Below, piece after piece: positions 8,185-17,865 of a DNA stretch of 64,000 nucleotides. Made by a program: the position numbers and the translations under genes. The stretch is from the NCBI GenBank assembly GCA_964457755.1, contig CAYWGC010000001.1:128332-192331 (forward strand). Reading direction: 5' to 3'. Origin of the DNA: an uncultured Thermodesulfobacteriota bacterium. Lineage in GTDB: Bacteria > Desulfobacterota > Anaeroferrophillalia > Anaeroferrophillales > Tharpellaceae. The first letter of the stretch is position 1. Each line of letters opens with the position of its first letter. The notes beneath the pieces were generated by a model. That model made no database searches and was not told the DNA's origin. It saw nothing but the letters and a program-made list of their open reading frames with translations.

Positions 8185-9993
8185 CTACTTTTTCAAAAAT
8201 TGTCGCAGAAGATCTTCAGGCTTGGGGTCACCGCTCTTAGCGCCGGAGTCGCCATCTTTTTCAGCCAGTTTCTCTTCCAGTTTTTCGAACAGTTTTTTCT
8301 CCAACTTTTTCTGCAATTGTTTTTGCACTTTCTTCTCATCAAGACGCAGTTTAGGATTGCTCAAGGTTCCGGCCAAACTTAAGCCCACGGCCGCCTCCTC
8401 ATTTTCATTAAAGGTCTCTTTAAACCAGGGGTAGCGCTGCGCCATCTTAAGACTTAACTGCCGGCTTAAAACCAGATTAAGGGGCAGATCCAGAGACCCG
8501 TCAAGACCGATCTGGCCCTCCGCCTGACCGCTGAGTTGATTACCATCCCAGGAGCTCTTCAGACCAACCTTGCCATCTTTGAGCCGCAGATTGCCGTCAA
8601 GCTCGGCAATTTTGAGATTTTCCAACTCAGGTAGTCCCAATACTTGGGCAAGCGTCTTGGTCAAGGGAATATTATCAAGCCCACCCTGACGCAGACCATA
8701 TTCACCGGCAATCGATAAACTTTTCTGCAAAGCGGCGGCGTCTGCCCCCCGCCCACTGAACTTGAATTTCCCATATCCAGAACCACTCAGATTATCCTTT
8801 AAAGCGGGTTTCGCCATCGCCATTAAAGCCGGCACCTGCAGATCAGAAAAAGAAAACTCGCCCTGGAAATCGGGCTGTGCTAAAAATGGTTTAATTGCTG
8901 CTGCTGCCGTAAAGGAGCCGTCTGCCACCTCCCCTTTAAGCTCACTGATGGTCAAAAGAGCATCCTGATACTTATAGTCCAGAGTGAAACTATCAACCCT
9001 GTAATTTTCGTAAAGAGCTTGTTTGATATCAACCTTGCCATGAGCTGTAAGTTGCGGAGGAAATGGTACTGAGGAATCAGGTTTAGCTCTTTGCGATGAC
9101 TCAAGTGACACCGGTTTTGTCACGGCCGTACCCTTTATCGAAAGTTTCTGACCCAAGGCCGCGAGATAGGCGAGATCCAGCCGAGGTGAATCAAGATTGA
9201 GGACTATCGCCGGTTTTGCGCCCAGATAATCTTTTACCGAACCACTTAAGATACACTCTTCATTTTCTTGTTTGACAACGACCTGGTAAGCCACTTGCTG
9301 ACGATCAAAATCAACCTTCCCCTGAATTTCAGGGGCCAGAGACCGATATTGGGCATTCAGAACAAAATCAAGTTCACCATGAGCATTTATCGACGCCGGA
9401 GTCAGATCACCAAGATCAAGGCGAGTTTTAAGATTTGCTTTAAGTTCCACTTTGGGAAATTCGCCCAGCTCATCGTGAAAAGAGACGACGACATCTCTAA
9501 ATTCACAATGTTGGACAACCAGAGATAAAGGCAGAGCCGCCGCCGGAACCTTTGCATCCGCAGTTTTTTCGGGTAAAGAAGTTTGCACTTTATGGTTGTT
9601 CTGGAGAACCTTTAAATTAGAAAAATTATAGAGTCCCAGGCGATCGCGCCAGACCTTGATAACCGGGTTCTCAACCTTGACCTTTGTAATTTCCAGGCGT
9701 TTATCAAGCAGAGGCAGGAGACTGTAGCCCAGGCTGAACTCTTTAACCGCAACAAAATCGGTTTTGCCGTCGGCCTCTTTAACCACTAAACCCGCGATCT
9801 TGATACCGCTGAAAAGATCGATTTTTAAAGAGGCGATCTCAACTTCACGCCCCAAGGCCTCACGCATCGGCGGCAAGACCAGGGTTCGCAAGCGCTCTTC
9901 AGTGAGATATATTTTAAGCGCAACCCCGGCGATCACGAGCAAGCCGACACCGAGCACTCCTGCAACCAGCAAAAATCGGAACAGTTTTTTCAT
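8185..9993 (-). CDS. asmA: AsmA-family outer-membrane assembly protein with a C-terminal Lys/Glu-rich coiled-coil tail
   Basis: N-terminal TM anchor MKKLFRFLLVAGVLGVGLLVIAGVALKIY, then a long beta-rich AsmA-like region. ATG at 9993 preferred over the TTG at 10005. Confidence 0.65.
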   Translation of the reverse strand: MKKLFRFLLVAGVLGVGLLVIAGVALKIYLTEERLRTLVLPPMREALGREVEIASLKIDLFSGIKIAGLVVKEADGKTDFVAVKEFSLGYSLLPLLDKRLEITKVKVENPVIKVWRDRLGLYNFSNLKVLQNNHKVQTSLPEKTADAKVPAAALPLSLVVQHCEFRDVVVSFHDELGEFPKVELKANLKTRLDLGDLTPASINAHGELDFVLNAQYRSLAPEIQGKVDFDRQQVAYQVVVKQENEECILSGSVKDYLGAKPAIVLNLDSPRLDLAYLAALGQKLSIKGTAVTKPVSLESSQRAKPDSSVPFPPQLTAHGKVDIKQALYENYRVDSFTLDYKYQDALLTISELKGEVADGSFTAAAAIKPFLAQPDFQGEFSFSDLQVPALMAMAKPALKDNLSGSGYGKFKFSGRGADAAALQKSLSIAGEYGLRQGGLDNIPLTKTLAQVLGLPELENLKIAELDGNLRLKDGKVGLKSSWDGNQLSGQAEGQIGLDGSLDLPLNLVLSRQLSLKMAQRYPWFKETFNENEEAAVGLSLAGTLSNPKLRLDEKKVQKQLQKKLEKKLFEKLEEKLAEKDGDSGAKSGDPKPEDLLRQFLKK

Positions 9994-10096
9994 TACAGAC
10001 CCCAAGTTTACGAGTTAACGATATGACCTGTTTGCTAAACATAACACATTTTATCTAGATTGCAAGGAAAAAGTCGGTGGGTGGTCGGTGGAAGGA

Positions 10097-10285
10097 CTAA
10101 GTTAGATCGGAGAGCAGAACCCCTCCCTTACTTATATTATCCCTCTCCTCCTCATCGATAAAGATGATAATCGACTCTTTGGGCTTATTGGCAGCCCTGG
10201 AAATAACCTCGGTCACGCCTTCGCAGATCTCGGCTTTCTGGTCGCGATCAAGCTCTCCAGCGACCCGGATATTGACGTAGGGCAT
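10097..10285 (-). CDS. 4-oxalocrotonate tautomerase family protein
   Basis: 62 aa, N-terminal MPYVNIRV with the catalytic Pro1 signature; length typical of the 4-OT family. Confidence 0.7.
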   Translation of the reverse strand: MPYVNIRVAGELDRDQKAEICEGVTEVISRAANKPKESIIIFIDEEERDNISKGGVLLSDLT

Positions 10286-10420
10286 AGCTTTTCTCCTTTC
10301 TTAAATTTTAATTTCTAGAACTTCGCAAAACCCTCAAAAAAAAACAGTTACAATTGCAGATCAGTATGCTACATTATCATTATAAGATCAATCAACTTTT
10401 ACTACAGACAGGAGAAGAGC

Positions 10421-10888
10421 ATGAAAAGAAAGCAACTTTCATTAATCATTGCAACAATGTTGTGCGCCTTAATTCTCAGCAGTTCCTCAGTCTTTGCTGG
10501 TCAAAAGGTTAATGTTCCCTATGTCGTCTCCGCGTTAGATTGGTGGACAGGCATTGCCATCACCAACAACAGCGTCGACCCCATTACTGAGATGAAGCTC
10601 TACTTCACCACAAGTACAGGAGCTTCAGGTTTTTACACGCAACCATTCGACCCTCTTCCCAAACTTGCAATCCCTGGTATTTTCATAAACTACATGACCA
10701 ATCTCGATGAAATTGCAGGGAGCGCCATGCTGATCGGCACCATATCGGCTCTCTACGCCAAAACCCTACCCTCCGATGCCGGCTCCGTACTGTTTTCACA
10801 TTCGGGCTCCGAAAAGTTTTCAGTAACCGTCTACATCGGCAATAGTGCAGGCTTTGCCTTCCAAGTTTTTGAATCTGAGAGCTATTGA
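10421..10888 (+). CDS. Secreted hypothetical protein (155 aa)
   Basis: Signal peptide MKRKQLSLIIATMLCALILSSSSVFA; GGAGAAG RBS; no recognisable domain. Confidence 0.5.
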   Translation: MKRKQLSLIIATMLCALILSSSSVFAGQKVNVPYVVSALDWWTGIAITNNSVDPITEMKLYFTTSTGASGFYTQPFDPLPKLAIPGIFINYMTNLDEIAGSAMLIGTISALYAKTLPSDAGSVLFSHSGSEKFSVTVYIGNSAGFAFQVFESESY

Positions 10889-10944
10889 GGTTCATAGAAA
10901 CTGCTGGGATGCAGGCATTTTAAGAATGATCATTCTTAACTGAC

Positions 10945-10981
10945 AGACTGTCCGAAAAAATTGTATTTTTTCGGACAGTCT
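10945..10981. terminator. Bidirectional rho-independent terminator between convergent genes
   Basis: AGACTGTCCGAAAAAA-TTGTA-TTTTTTCGGACAGTCT perfect hairpin with an A/T run on each side. Confidence 0.75.
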
Positions 10982-10982
10982 T

Positions 10983-12275
10983 CTAATCGTAGCGCCGATC
11001 AAAGACTCTTCTGGTTTTACGTTCGCTACGCGGCAGCTCACCGTACGCCAAAAACTCGACTCTAGGGGTAACCATCAGGCGATGCTTGGTGCGGCTTATC
11101 AACTCTCGGCTTAAATCGTCATCCTGTTCTGCACTGGCACCTACCTGACGCTCGACTTTTAAGGTCATATAATCACGGCCGTCGGCCTGATGGTCGAGAT
11201 GAATCTGATATTCACTACCGAGTCCCGTGACCCCAGAAAGAACCGCGTCGATCTCACTGGGATAGATATTAACTCCTCGAATAATAAAGACATCATCGCT
11301 ACGCCCTAAAATTTCGCTGTGCCGTGGCATCAGAGAACCACAGGGACAGGGTCCGGCTACCGCCCGGGCCAGATCCCGGGAACGATAACGCACCAGCGGG
11401 GTCGCCTCTTTATAGAGAGTAGTATAGACCATCTCACCGATTTCGCCAGCGACCACCGGCTCCAGGGTTTCGGGATCGAGAAATTCGAGAAAATAGTAGT
11501 CGGCCCAATAGTGGATATTACTGCTACAACTGCAGTTAAGTCCGGTACCGGGGCCGTAGACTTCGGTAAGCCCCGGAATATCATAAAATTCTTCGAGCCC
11601 TAAAAGATCAACAATGCGCCGCCGCATCGCGGCACTGGTTCTCTCGGAACCACAGATAACCTTACGCAAACTTATCTGATCACGCAAGCCCCGACGCTGC
11701 ACCTCCTCTGCTAAAAGCAGGGCCATCGATGAGGTACAGCAGAGAATTGTCGTCGAAAAATCGACGAGAAAGGTACATTGCAGGTCGAGATTTCCGGGCC
11801 CGGTCGGCAGAGCCATCGCGCCATAACGCTCACAGGCGAGCTGAAACCCGGCGCCGGCCGTCCAGACTCCGTAACCAACACAGATCTGGACCCTATCCTC
11901 ACGAGTCAAACCAGCCATCTCATAACAACGACAGAACATCTCGAGCCAGTCATCTATATCTTTCTGCGTATAGGCCACTACTTTACGCTTACCGGTAGTC
12001 CCAGAAGAGGCATGGATCCGCACAATCTCACGATTAGCGACGGCTTGAAACGGCAACGGGTAACCATCCCGAAAATCTTCGGCCGTAGTTACAGGAAATT
12101 TCCGCAGGTCGGCGAACGTCGAAAAATCCTGCGGCGAGACTCCGGCCGCCGTAAAATGGCGGCGATAAAAATCGCTATGGCTATAGGCGTGGTTCAAGGT
12201 CCAGGAGAGCCGGTCAATCTGGAGCTCAGCCAACTCCTTGTGACTGTTAACCCGGGGAGCAAATCTTTTTAACAT
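10983..12275 (-). CDS. paaK-like: Phenylacetate-CoA ligase (PaaK) family adenylate-forming enzyme
   Basis: 430 aa. PaaK-type motifs SSGTTGKRKVV, YGLTE and the C-terminal domain; this length is characteristic of the PaaK/coenzyme F390 synthetase subfamily. Confidence 0.8.
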   Translation of the reverse strand: MLKRFAPRVNSHKELAELQIDRLSWTLNHAYSHSDFYRRHFTAAGVSPQDFSTFADLRKFPVTTAEDFRDGYPLPFQAVANREIVRIHASSGTTGKRKVVAYTQKDIDDWLEMFCRCYEMAGLTREDRVQICVGYGVWTAGAGFQLACERYGAMALPTGPGNLDLQCTFLVDFSTTILCCTSSMALLLAEEVQRRGLRDQISLRKVICGSERTSAAMRRRIVDLLGLEEFYDIPGLTEVYGPGTGLNCSCSSNIHYWADYYFLEFLDPETLEPVVAGEIGEMVYTTLYKEATPLVRYRSRDLARAVAGPCPCGSLMPRHSEILGRSDDVFIIRGVNIYPSEIDAVLSGVTGLGSEYQIHLDHQADGRDYMTLKVERQVGASAEQDDDLSRELISRTKHRLMVTPRVEFLAYGELPRSERKTRRVFDRRYD

Positions 12276-12513
12276 TTTCCCTCTCTAAAAATCAGTCTCA
12301 AAAAATCATCTCGATATTCTCAAAAAAAACGGGCCAAGCTCTAAAACATCTCTCTTTTTTTGTCAACCAACGATTGCCCCATCCCCTCTCCCAGACAAAC
12401 ACCCAGGTACAAATATCAGGCAGAAAATAGTTGCATCATATAATAAAAGAAAGTAATGAAGGCAGCTTACTAGTCATTTTAAAAAATCATTTTAAGAACA
12501 GAAGGAAAAGACC

Positions 12514-13551
12514 ATGACCAACTCAGCAAAAATCAGCAAAATGATCGTGACCCTGATCGCCTTGACTGGCATCCTTTTAACTTTGGCTCCCACCTCCGAG
12601 GCTGGAACCATGACCTTAAATTACGCCAATTTTCCACCAACTCCAACCTTTCCCTGTGTCCAGATGGAACGATGGGCCCAAGAGGTGGAAAAACGCAGCC
12701 ACGGCCAAGTCAAAATCGCAACCTTTCCCGGCGGCACCCTACTCGGCGCCAAAAATATGCTCAATGGAGTCAAGCAGGGCATTGCCGATATCGGCTGTTT
12801 CTGTCCACCTTACCTGCCGGGCCGTTTTCCCTTAATGGAGGGTGCCGATCTACCGAATGGCTTTACCAGTGCCGCAGTCGCCAGCGCCACCCTATGGGAT
12901 CTCTATGAGAAATACCAGCCCGAAAGTCTCAAAGGTGTCAAAGTTTTAACCATGTTCACCTGCGCCCCGGCCAACCTGATGCTCAAAAAATCTGGAGCCA
13001 ACCTTGAAGAATTGAACGGGATGGAAATCCGGGGAACCGGGATCTCGGGTCGCTACCTTGAAGCCCTGGGTGCGGTTCCAGTTGCCATGCCGATGTCAGC
13101 CGTACCGGAAGCCCTGCAAAAGGGAGTTGTCAAAGGCATTTTTTCATCACTCGAAATTATGAAAGATTTCAAGTTTGCCGAACTCTGCGGCCATGTCACC
13201 ATCGTCAATGGGCCGACAACCTCATTTGCGGTAGTCATGAACCTCAAAAAATGGCAGGCCTTAACCCCTGAGCTGCAAAAGATTTTTACTGATCTGGGCC
13301 GTGAACAAGCCCTCTGGACCGGCAAATATGAAGATAATCATGTCAAAGAAGCCCTGGCCTGGTCAGAGAAGAACCACCAGGTCAAGATCGAAACCATCTC
13401 TCCGGCCGAAAAAAGTGTCGTCACCGAAAAGGTTCATTTTATGACCGATGCCTACCTCAGCAAAACTGCCAAAGCGGGTCTGCCCGGCAAAGAGTTTCTC
13501 GCCGATCTCCAAACCTTCAAGGCTAAATACGAAAAAGAGTTCGGCAAATAG
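12514..13551 (+). CDS. dctP: TRAP transporter solute-binding protein (DctP family)
   Basis: 345 aa with signal peptide. DctP-like fold motifs. Followed by dctQ and dctM homologues. Confidence 0.8.
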   Translation: MTNSAKISKMIVTLIALTGILLTLAPTSEAGTMTLNYANFPPTPTFPCVQMERWAQEVEKRSHGQVKIATFPGGTLLGAKNMLNGVKQGIADIGCFCPPYLPGRFPLMEGADLPNGFTSAAVASATLWDLYEKYQPESLKGVKVLTMFTCAPANLMLKKSGANLEELNGMEIRGTGISGRYLEALGAVPVAMPMSAVPEALQKGVVKGIFSSLEIMKDFKFAELCGHVTIVNGPTTSFAVVMNLKKWQALTPELQKIFTDLGREQALWTGKYEDNHVKEALAWSEKNHQVKIETISPAEKSVVTEKVHFMTDAYLSKTAKAGLPGKEFLADLQTFKAKYEKEFGK

Positions 13552-13564
13552 TTAATCTGTTTCT

Positions 13565-13621
13565 ATCACGAAGGCGCAAAGAAAGAAGTTTTCAACTTCG
13601 CCATCTTTGCGCCTTCGTGAT
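13565..13621 (+). promoter_or_regulatory. 17-bp perfect inverted repeat (ATCACGAAGGCGCAAAG ... CTTTGCGCCTTCGTGAT) between dctP and dctQ; intra-operon attenuator or processing hairpin
   Basis: Seen directly; followed by ATTTATAAAAAA. Confidence 0.5.
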
Positions 13622-13670
13622 ATTTATAAAAAAGTACCCTCCTGCTTTCGACAATGCCGTAATAGAAAAG

Positions 13671-14177
13671 ATGAATAACGATATCTTTCGTAGTTTTCTA
13701 ATCAAGTTTCAGCAATTAAAACTGCTCATGGCTGGGATTTCCCTGTTGCTGATGGTGCTCATCGGCTTTGCCAATGTTGTCTGCCGTAACTTCTGGCAGC
13801 CTTTGAAGGGTTCGTTTGAGATAATCGGCTATCTCGGGGCGATCACTATCGCCCTCTCTCTAGGCAGTGCACAACTTGAAAAAAAACATATTATTGTTGA
13901 TATCATCACCCGTAAATACAGCCCCAGATGGCGGCGCTTAACCGCAGCGATCGGCCATTTTTGCGGGGCTCTCTTCTTCAGCCTGGCGGCTTGGCAGACC
14001 TGGCTCTGGGGCGACAATATCCGCCATGCCGGAGAAACCTCGGAAACCCTGCACCTGATCTTTTACCCTTTCATCTATCTGACCGCTTTCGGCTTTGCTT
14101 ACCTCGCCCTGGTTCTGCTTTCAGACTTAAATATAAGCCTGCAAAAACTTCCCGCCGATCAAGCTGAATCTTTATGA
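13671..14177 (+). CDS. dctQ: TRAP transporter small permease (DctQ family)
   Basis: Four TM helices, about 170 aa. Start moved to the internal ATG (MNNDIFRSF...) after the intergenic hairpin. Confidence 0.7.
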   Translation: MNNDIFRSFLIKFQQLKLLMAGISLLLMVLIGFANVVCRNFWQPLKGSFEIIGYLGAITIALSLGSAQLEKKHIIVDIITRKYSPRWRRLTAAIGHFCGALFFSLAAWQTWLWGDNIRHAGETSETLHLIFYPFIYLTAFGFAYLALVLLSDLNISLQKLPADQAESL

Positions 14178-15478
14178 GTCCTGAAACCGTTGGCATCATT
14201 GGCATCATCTTAATGATGGCGGCCATGCTCCTGCTCCAGATTCCGGTCGGCTTTGCAATGGCCCTGACTGGCTTTGCCGGGGTTGCCTGGCTGATCTCTG
14301 TAGATGCCGCCCTGGCCCTGATCGGCAACGACCTATGGACAACTTTTTCAGGTTACGGCCTGACCATTATCCCACTTTTTATCTTCATGGGCCATATCTG
14401 TTTCCACAGCAACGTCAACAGCCGCCTCTACAAATGTGCCTACGCCTGGCTCGGAGCAACTCGTGGCGGTCTGGCGATGGCGACGGTTGCGGCTTGTGCC
14501 GGTTTTGCCGCAATCAGCGGCTCCAACACGGCCACCGCCGCGACCATGACTTCGGTAGCGTTGCCGTCAATGAAGAAATATGGCTATCACCCAACCCTGA
14601 TTACCGGTTCAATAGCGGCTGGATCAACCTTAGGAGTCGTCATCCCCCCCAGCATTGTTCTGGTGGTTTACGGCATCTACACCGGGCAGTCGATCGCCAA
14701 ACTTTTTTTCGGCAGTATTATCCCCGGCCTGATCCTCGCGGCCTTACTGATTATAACAATTATTGTCATCTGTCGCCGTCACCCAGACTGGGGACCCCCA
14801 GGCGAAAAAACCACCTTCAAAGAAAAAATATTATCGCTCAAGGGCTCTTTCGAGATGCTGTTGCTTTTCGGTCTGGTTATGGGCGGCCTTTTTGTCGGCT
14901 TTTTCACGCCCAGTGAGGCTGGCGCCGTGGGCTCATTCTGCGCCGTAGTTTTAAGTTTTTTCCGCCGTTCACTCTCATATAAAAAATTTATTGCGGCCAT
15001 CAACGACACCTTAAAAATTTCAAGTTTCATCATTATAATTATTGCTGGAGCTGTCATCTTCGGCCGGTTTCTGGCCTTAACCAGGCTCCCCTACGCGATT
15101 GCCGAATGGGCCGCGGCTCTGCCCGTCGCACCAGCCATTATCCTCTGGATCATCATCCTGGTCTTTCTCGTCGGCGGCGCCATCATGGATGCCCTGGGCC
15201 TGCTCCTGATCACCATCCCGATCTTCTACCCCCTGGCCGTAAAGCTCAACTTCGACCCGATCTGGTTCGGGGTTTTGATTACTATTGTCACCACTATGGG
15301 CGCCATCACCCCTCCAGTTGGGGTCAACGCCTATGTTGTTGCCGGCATTGCCGAAGATATCCCATTAACAACTATCTTTAAAGGCATTGCCTATTTTCTA
15401 CCGACCTACATCATCACCATTATCCTGATCGAAATCTTCCCGCAGCTTATCCTCTGGCCAGCCGCTTCGGTTTATTGA
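14174..15478 (+). CDS. dctM: TRAP transporter large permease (DctM family)
   Basis: 434 aa polytopic membrane protein. Overlapping ATGA start/stop with dctQ. DctM-type motifs. Confidence 0.85.
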   Translation: MSPETVGIIGIILMMAAMLLLQIPVGFAMALTGFAGVAWLISVDAALALIGNDLWTTFSGYGLTIIPLFIFMGHICFHSNVNSRLYKCAYAWLGATRGGLAMATVAACAGFAAISGSNTATAATMTSVALPSMKKYGYHPTLITGSIAAGSTLGVVIPPSIVLVVYGIYTGQSIAKLFFGSIIPGLILAALLIITIIVICRRHPDWGPPGEKTTFKEKILSLKGSFEMLLLFGLVMGGLFVGFFTPSEAGAVGSFCAVVLSFFRRSLSYKKFIAAINDTLKISSFIIIIIAGAVIFGRFLALTRLPYAIAEWAAALPVAPAIILWIIILVFLVGGAIMDALGLLLITIPIFYPLAVKLNFDPIWFGVLITIVTTMGAITPPVGVNAYVVAGIAEDIPLTTIFKGIAYFLPTYIITIILIEIFPQLILWPAASVY

Positions 15479-15828
15479 CTTTGTAAAAACTCCTTCGACG
15501 GCGATCAAAAAATAAACCTAAAAAGACAGCAGTGAAATTTACAGTTGTTCACAACCACATCTTCGTGTAAAATTACGGAGATAATGAACAGATGTTATAG
15601 CCCCCTGAAACAGAATTTAAAACAAAAAAGTTTGCTGACTACCATAGACCTTCACCAGATGCTTTGATTATAGCTAAAACAGATCAATGAGAGCCGAAAC
15701 AGTTTGACGGAAAAACCCATTAACCTTGACAATCTCAAATAAATCCTGCAACTATACAGTTAAATCAATCGCCAGCAACCTCTCCTGATTGCCGGCTAAT
15801 ACGTATTCCGTGTGATCATCTGTAATCT

Positions 15829-17865
15829 ATGCGACAACTGATTCCCTCATCTAATATTATTAACGATCTCCTGGCCGAAAACTGGGAGCTGCGCTGGCGG
15901 GTTCTGGAAAACTTTTACCAGACCCAGCTTTTGCTACGCGATTTTGCCCATTCCTCAGAAGAACATAAACAGGCCCGCACCTTGTGCAAAGAGATGGCCG
16001 GCAGACTCAACGGTGCCAGTGATGTAAACCTGCATCTGGTTCTGACTGCAGCCTGGTTTTTAGGGGGCAACCACTTTCTCCTGCTGGCTTTAGAGGAGAT
16101 CGGAGTTGATGACCCGGAGACTGGTGATTCGGAAACCAAGCGTCTGAAAAAACCACTTATAAATAATCACCCAGAAGCCTCTTTCTTTGACTATTTCCAC
16201 TCCCTGTTGAGCCGTAACAAAGCCGTAGACGCTGCGACAGCCACCGCCATCAAATTTTTTCCCGCTGATCTCAGTCTTAAACTGCTCTGCGCCATCCCTG
16301 AACGTGAAGCAAGAGTTGCCGGTCTTAGTTTACTAAAAAACAATCAACCTGGACTTTTATTTAATGATTTTCTTCTCGCAAATAATCTCTTACTCCTGAA
16401 AGAGACGCCGGAACTTTTAGATTTTATCGGCCCCAATTTAACTCCTGAAACAGAGGCTGAAGTCACCAAGCTGGTATCAAAATTACTGGCCAGCAACAAC
16501 CTTATAGAATACGCAATCCGCGCGGCCGGGCGCCTGCAACTTGAAAGCTGCCGCCCCCAACTTAGAAAACTGATTGACGATGAACCCCTGGCAGCCGGAG
16601 CCCTGGCCCGGTTCGGTGATGAGATTGGGTGCAACAAACTGCTCAAATCCGGTAAATCATGGCGCCGCAAAAAACGCACCGCGGCCCTTTCCGAGCTGGC
16701 ATGGTGTAAGAGTCCCGAAGCCCTGGAACTTCTGCAAAGCCGGGCCCAGCAGAGTAATCTTGAAGAGCGCCATGAAGCTTTGCAGGCTCTTGGCCAAATG
16801 CGCAGCCCCGAAGCTCTGCAAATAATCCGCGATCTTCTTAACAAATCCCATAAAAAAGAGAACCTCAAGCTACTCTTACAAAGTATCACCGGCCCCAAGT
16901 GGCCGGCAGAGTGCCAACCTGAATGCCAAGATACAGCCAACCAACTCGCTCAATGGGCGGACAATGTTGAGTTTTACCCAACCCTGCTCCAGGCGCTGGC
17001 AGCCCTCGCCTACGATGATGCCTGGAACGACATTTTAAGCCGCATTAAAAGCCCCGTTCTCAAACCTCACTACCGAGAGATCGCCCTCTTCATGAGTCGT
17101 TTTGCGGATCAAGCCAAAATTCGGCAGAGCCTGCTGACTTTAACAAATGATATTGACTGGTCTTTTTCCTATCGCCTGATTAATCTATTATCCCCAAAAC
17201 TCAAAGGTTTAGACATCCCGCACTTGCTAAATCTACTGACCGATCGGGAAGAGGGACGGGCTTTGACTATCAAAGAACGTCTGACCAAAGGCCAGGATCT
17301 TGAGCGCATAACCGATGCCATGGCCGAATTCTTTGAACATCACCCAGAAATCGCCAACCTGACCATCGAAAAGTTGCTGACCGCCATCTCTATCGGCAGC
17401 CAACCCCCAAGTGAACTACTTTTTGCTGAAATAAGACAACAACCAAATGAATTAATCGATCTAATTCTTGGCAGTGGCCCGGGTAACGATCATGCTGATA
17501 TTACCGACCGTGACTTCCCCCTGCTGATGGCCATGCATTTACTCTCTGAAATCGAGGTTGAAGGCAGCGATTGTTTTGCGATAATAGTACACCGAACCCG
17601 GCGCTACAGCGGTTTCTTCCGAGAGTCTATAACTGCCGCCCTAAACCTTCTGCTTGACCAGGAAAATGAACTCAGCCATGTGCAAAATCTACCTATCTTA
17701 AATCAGATTATTGACTTTATTCGAGGGCGAATTCACTATGAAGATTTGCGCCAGAAAATCCTTCTAAGAATCAACCAGATAGTCCGCAAAAGCAAAGAAC
17801 TTAAGGTCTACAACGAAGCCTCTCAAACCAGAGAGCTCAAGATTTTCAAAGTGAAGAAACTCTGA
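15829..17865 (+). CDS. HEAT/PBS-lyase-type repeat protein (678 aa), function unknown
   Basis: Leu-rich helical repeats, e.g. SPEALELLQSRAQQSNLEERHEALQALGQMRSPEALQIIRDLL. No signal peptide. Stop overlaps the start of the next gene (TGATGG). Confidence 0.6.
   Translation: MRQLIPSSNIINDLLAENWELRWRVLENFYQTQLLLRDFAHSSEEHKQARTLCKEMAGRLNGASDVNLHLVLTAAWFLGGNHFLLLALEEIGVDDPETGDSETKRLKKPLINNHPEASFFDYFHSLLSRNKAVDAATATAIKFFPADLSLKLLCAIPEREARVAGLSLLKNNQPGLLFNDFLLANNLLLLKETPELLDFIGPNLTPETEAEVTKLVSKLLASNNLIEYAIRAAGRLQLESCRPQLRKLIDDEPLAAGALARFGDEIGCNKLLKSGKSWRRKKRTAALSELAWCKSPEALELLQSRAQQSNLEERHEALQALGQMRSPEALQIIRDLLNKSHKKENLKLLLQSITGPKWPAECQPECQDTANQLAQWADNVEFYPTLLQALAALAYDDAWNDILSRIKSPVLKPHYREIALFMSRFADQAKIRQSLLTLTNDIDWSFSYRLINLLSPKLKGLDIPHLLNLLTDREEGRALTIKERLTKGQDLERITDAMAEFFEHHPEIANLTIEKLLTAISIGSQPPSELLFAEIRQQPNELIDLILGSGPGNDHADITDRDFPLLMAMHLLSEIEVEGSDCFAIIVHRTRRYSGFFRESITAALNLLLDQENELSHVQNLPILNQIIDFIRGRIHYEDLRQKILLRINQIVRKSKELKVYNEASQTRELKIFKVKKL

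Noticed and set aside
15480-15828. 350-nt non-coding region upstream of the HEAT-repeat gene, inspected for promoter or sRNA
   Set aside because: Contains a TTGACA hexamer, but no properly spaced -10 element or stable structured RNA could be argued from sequence alone.
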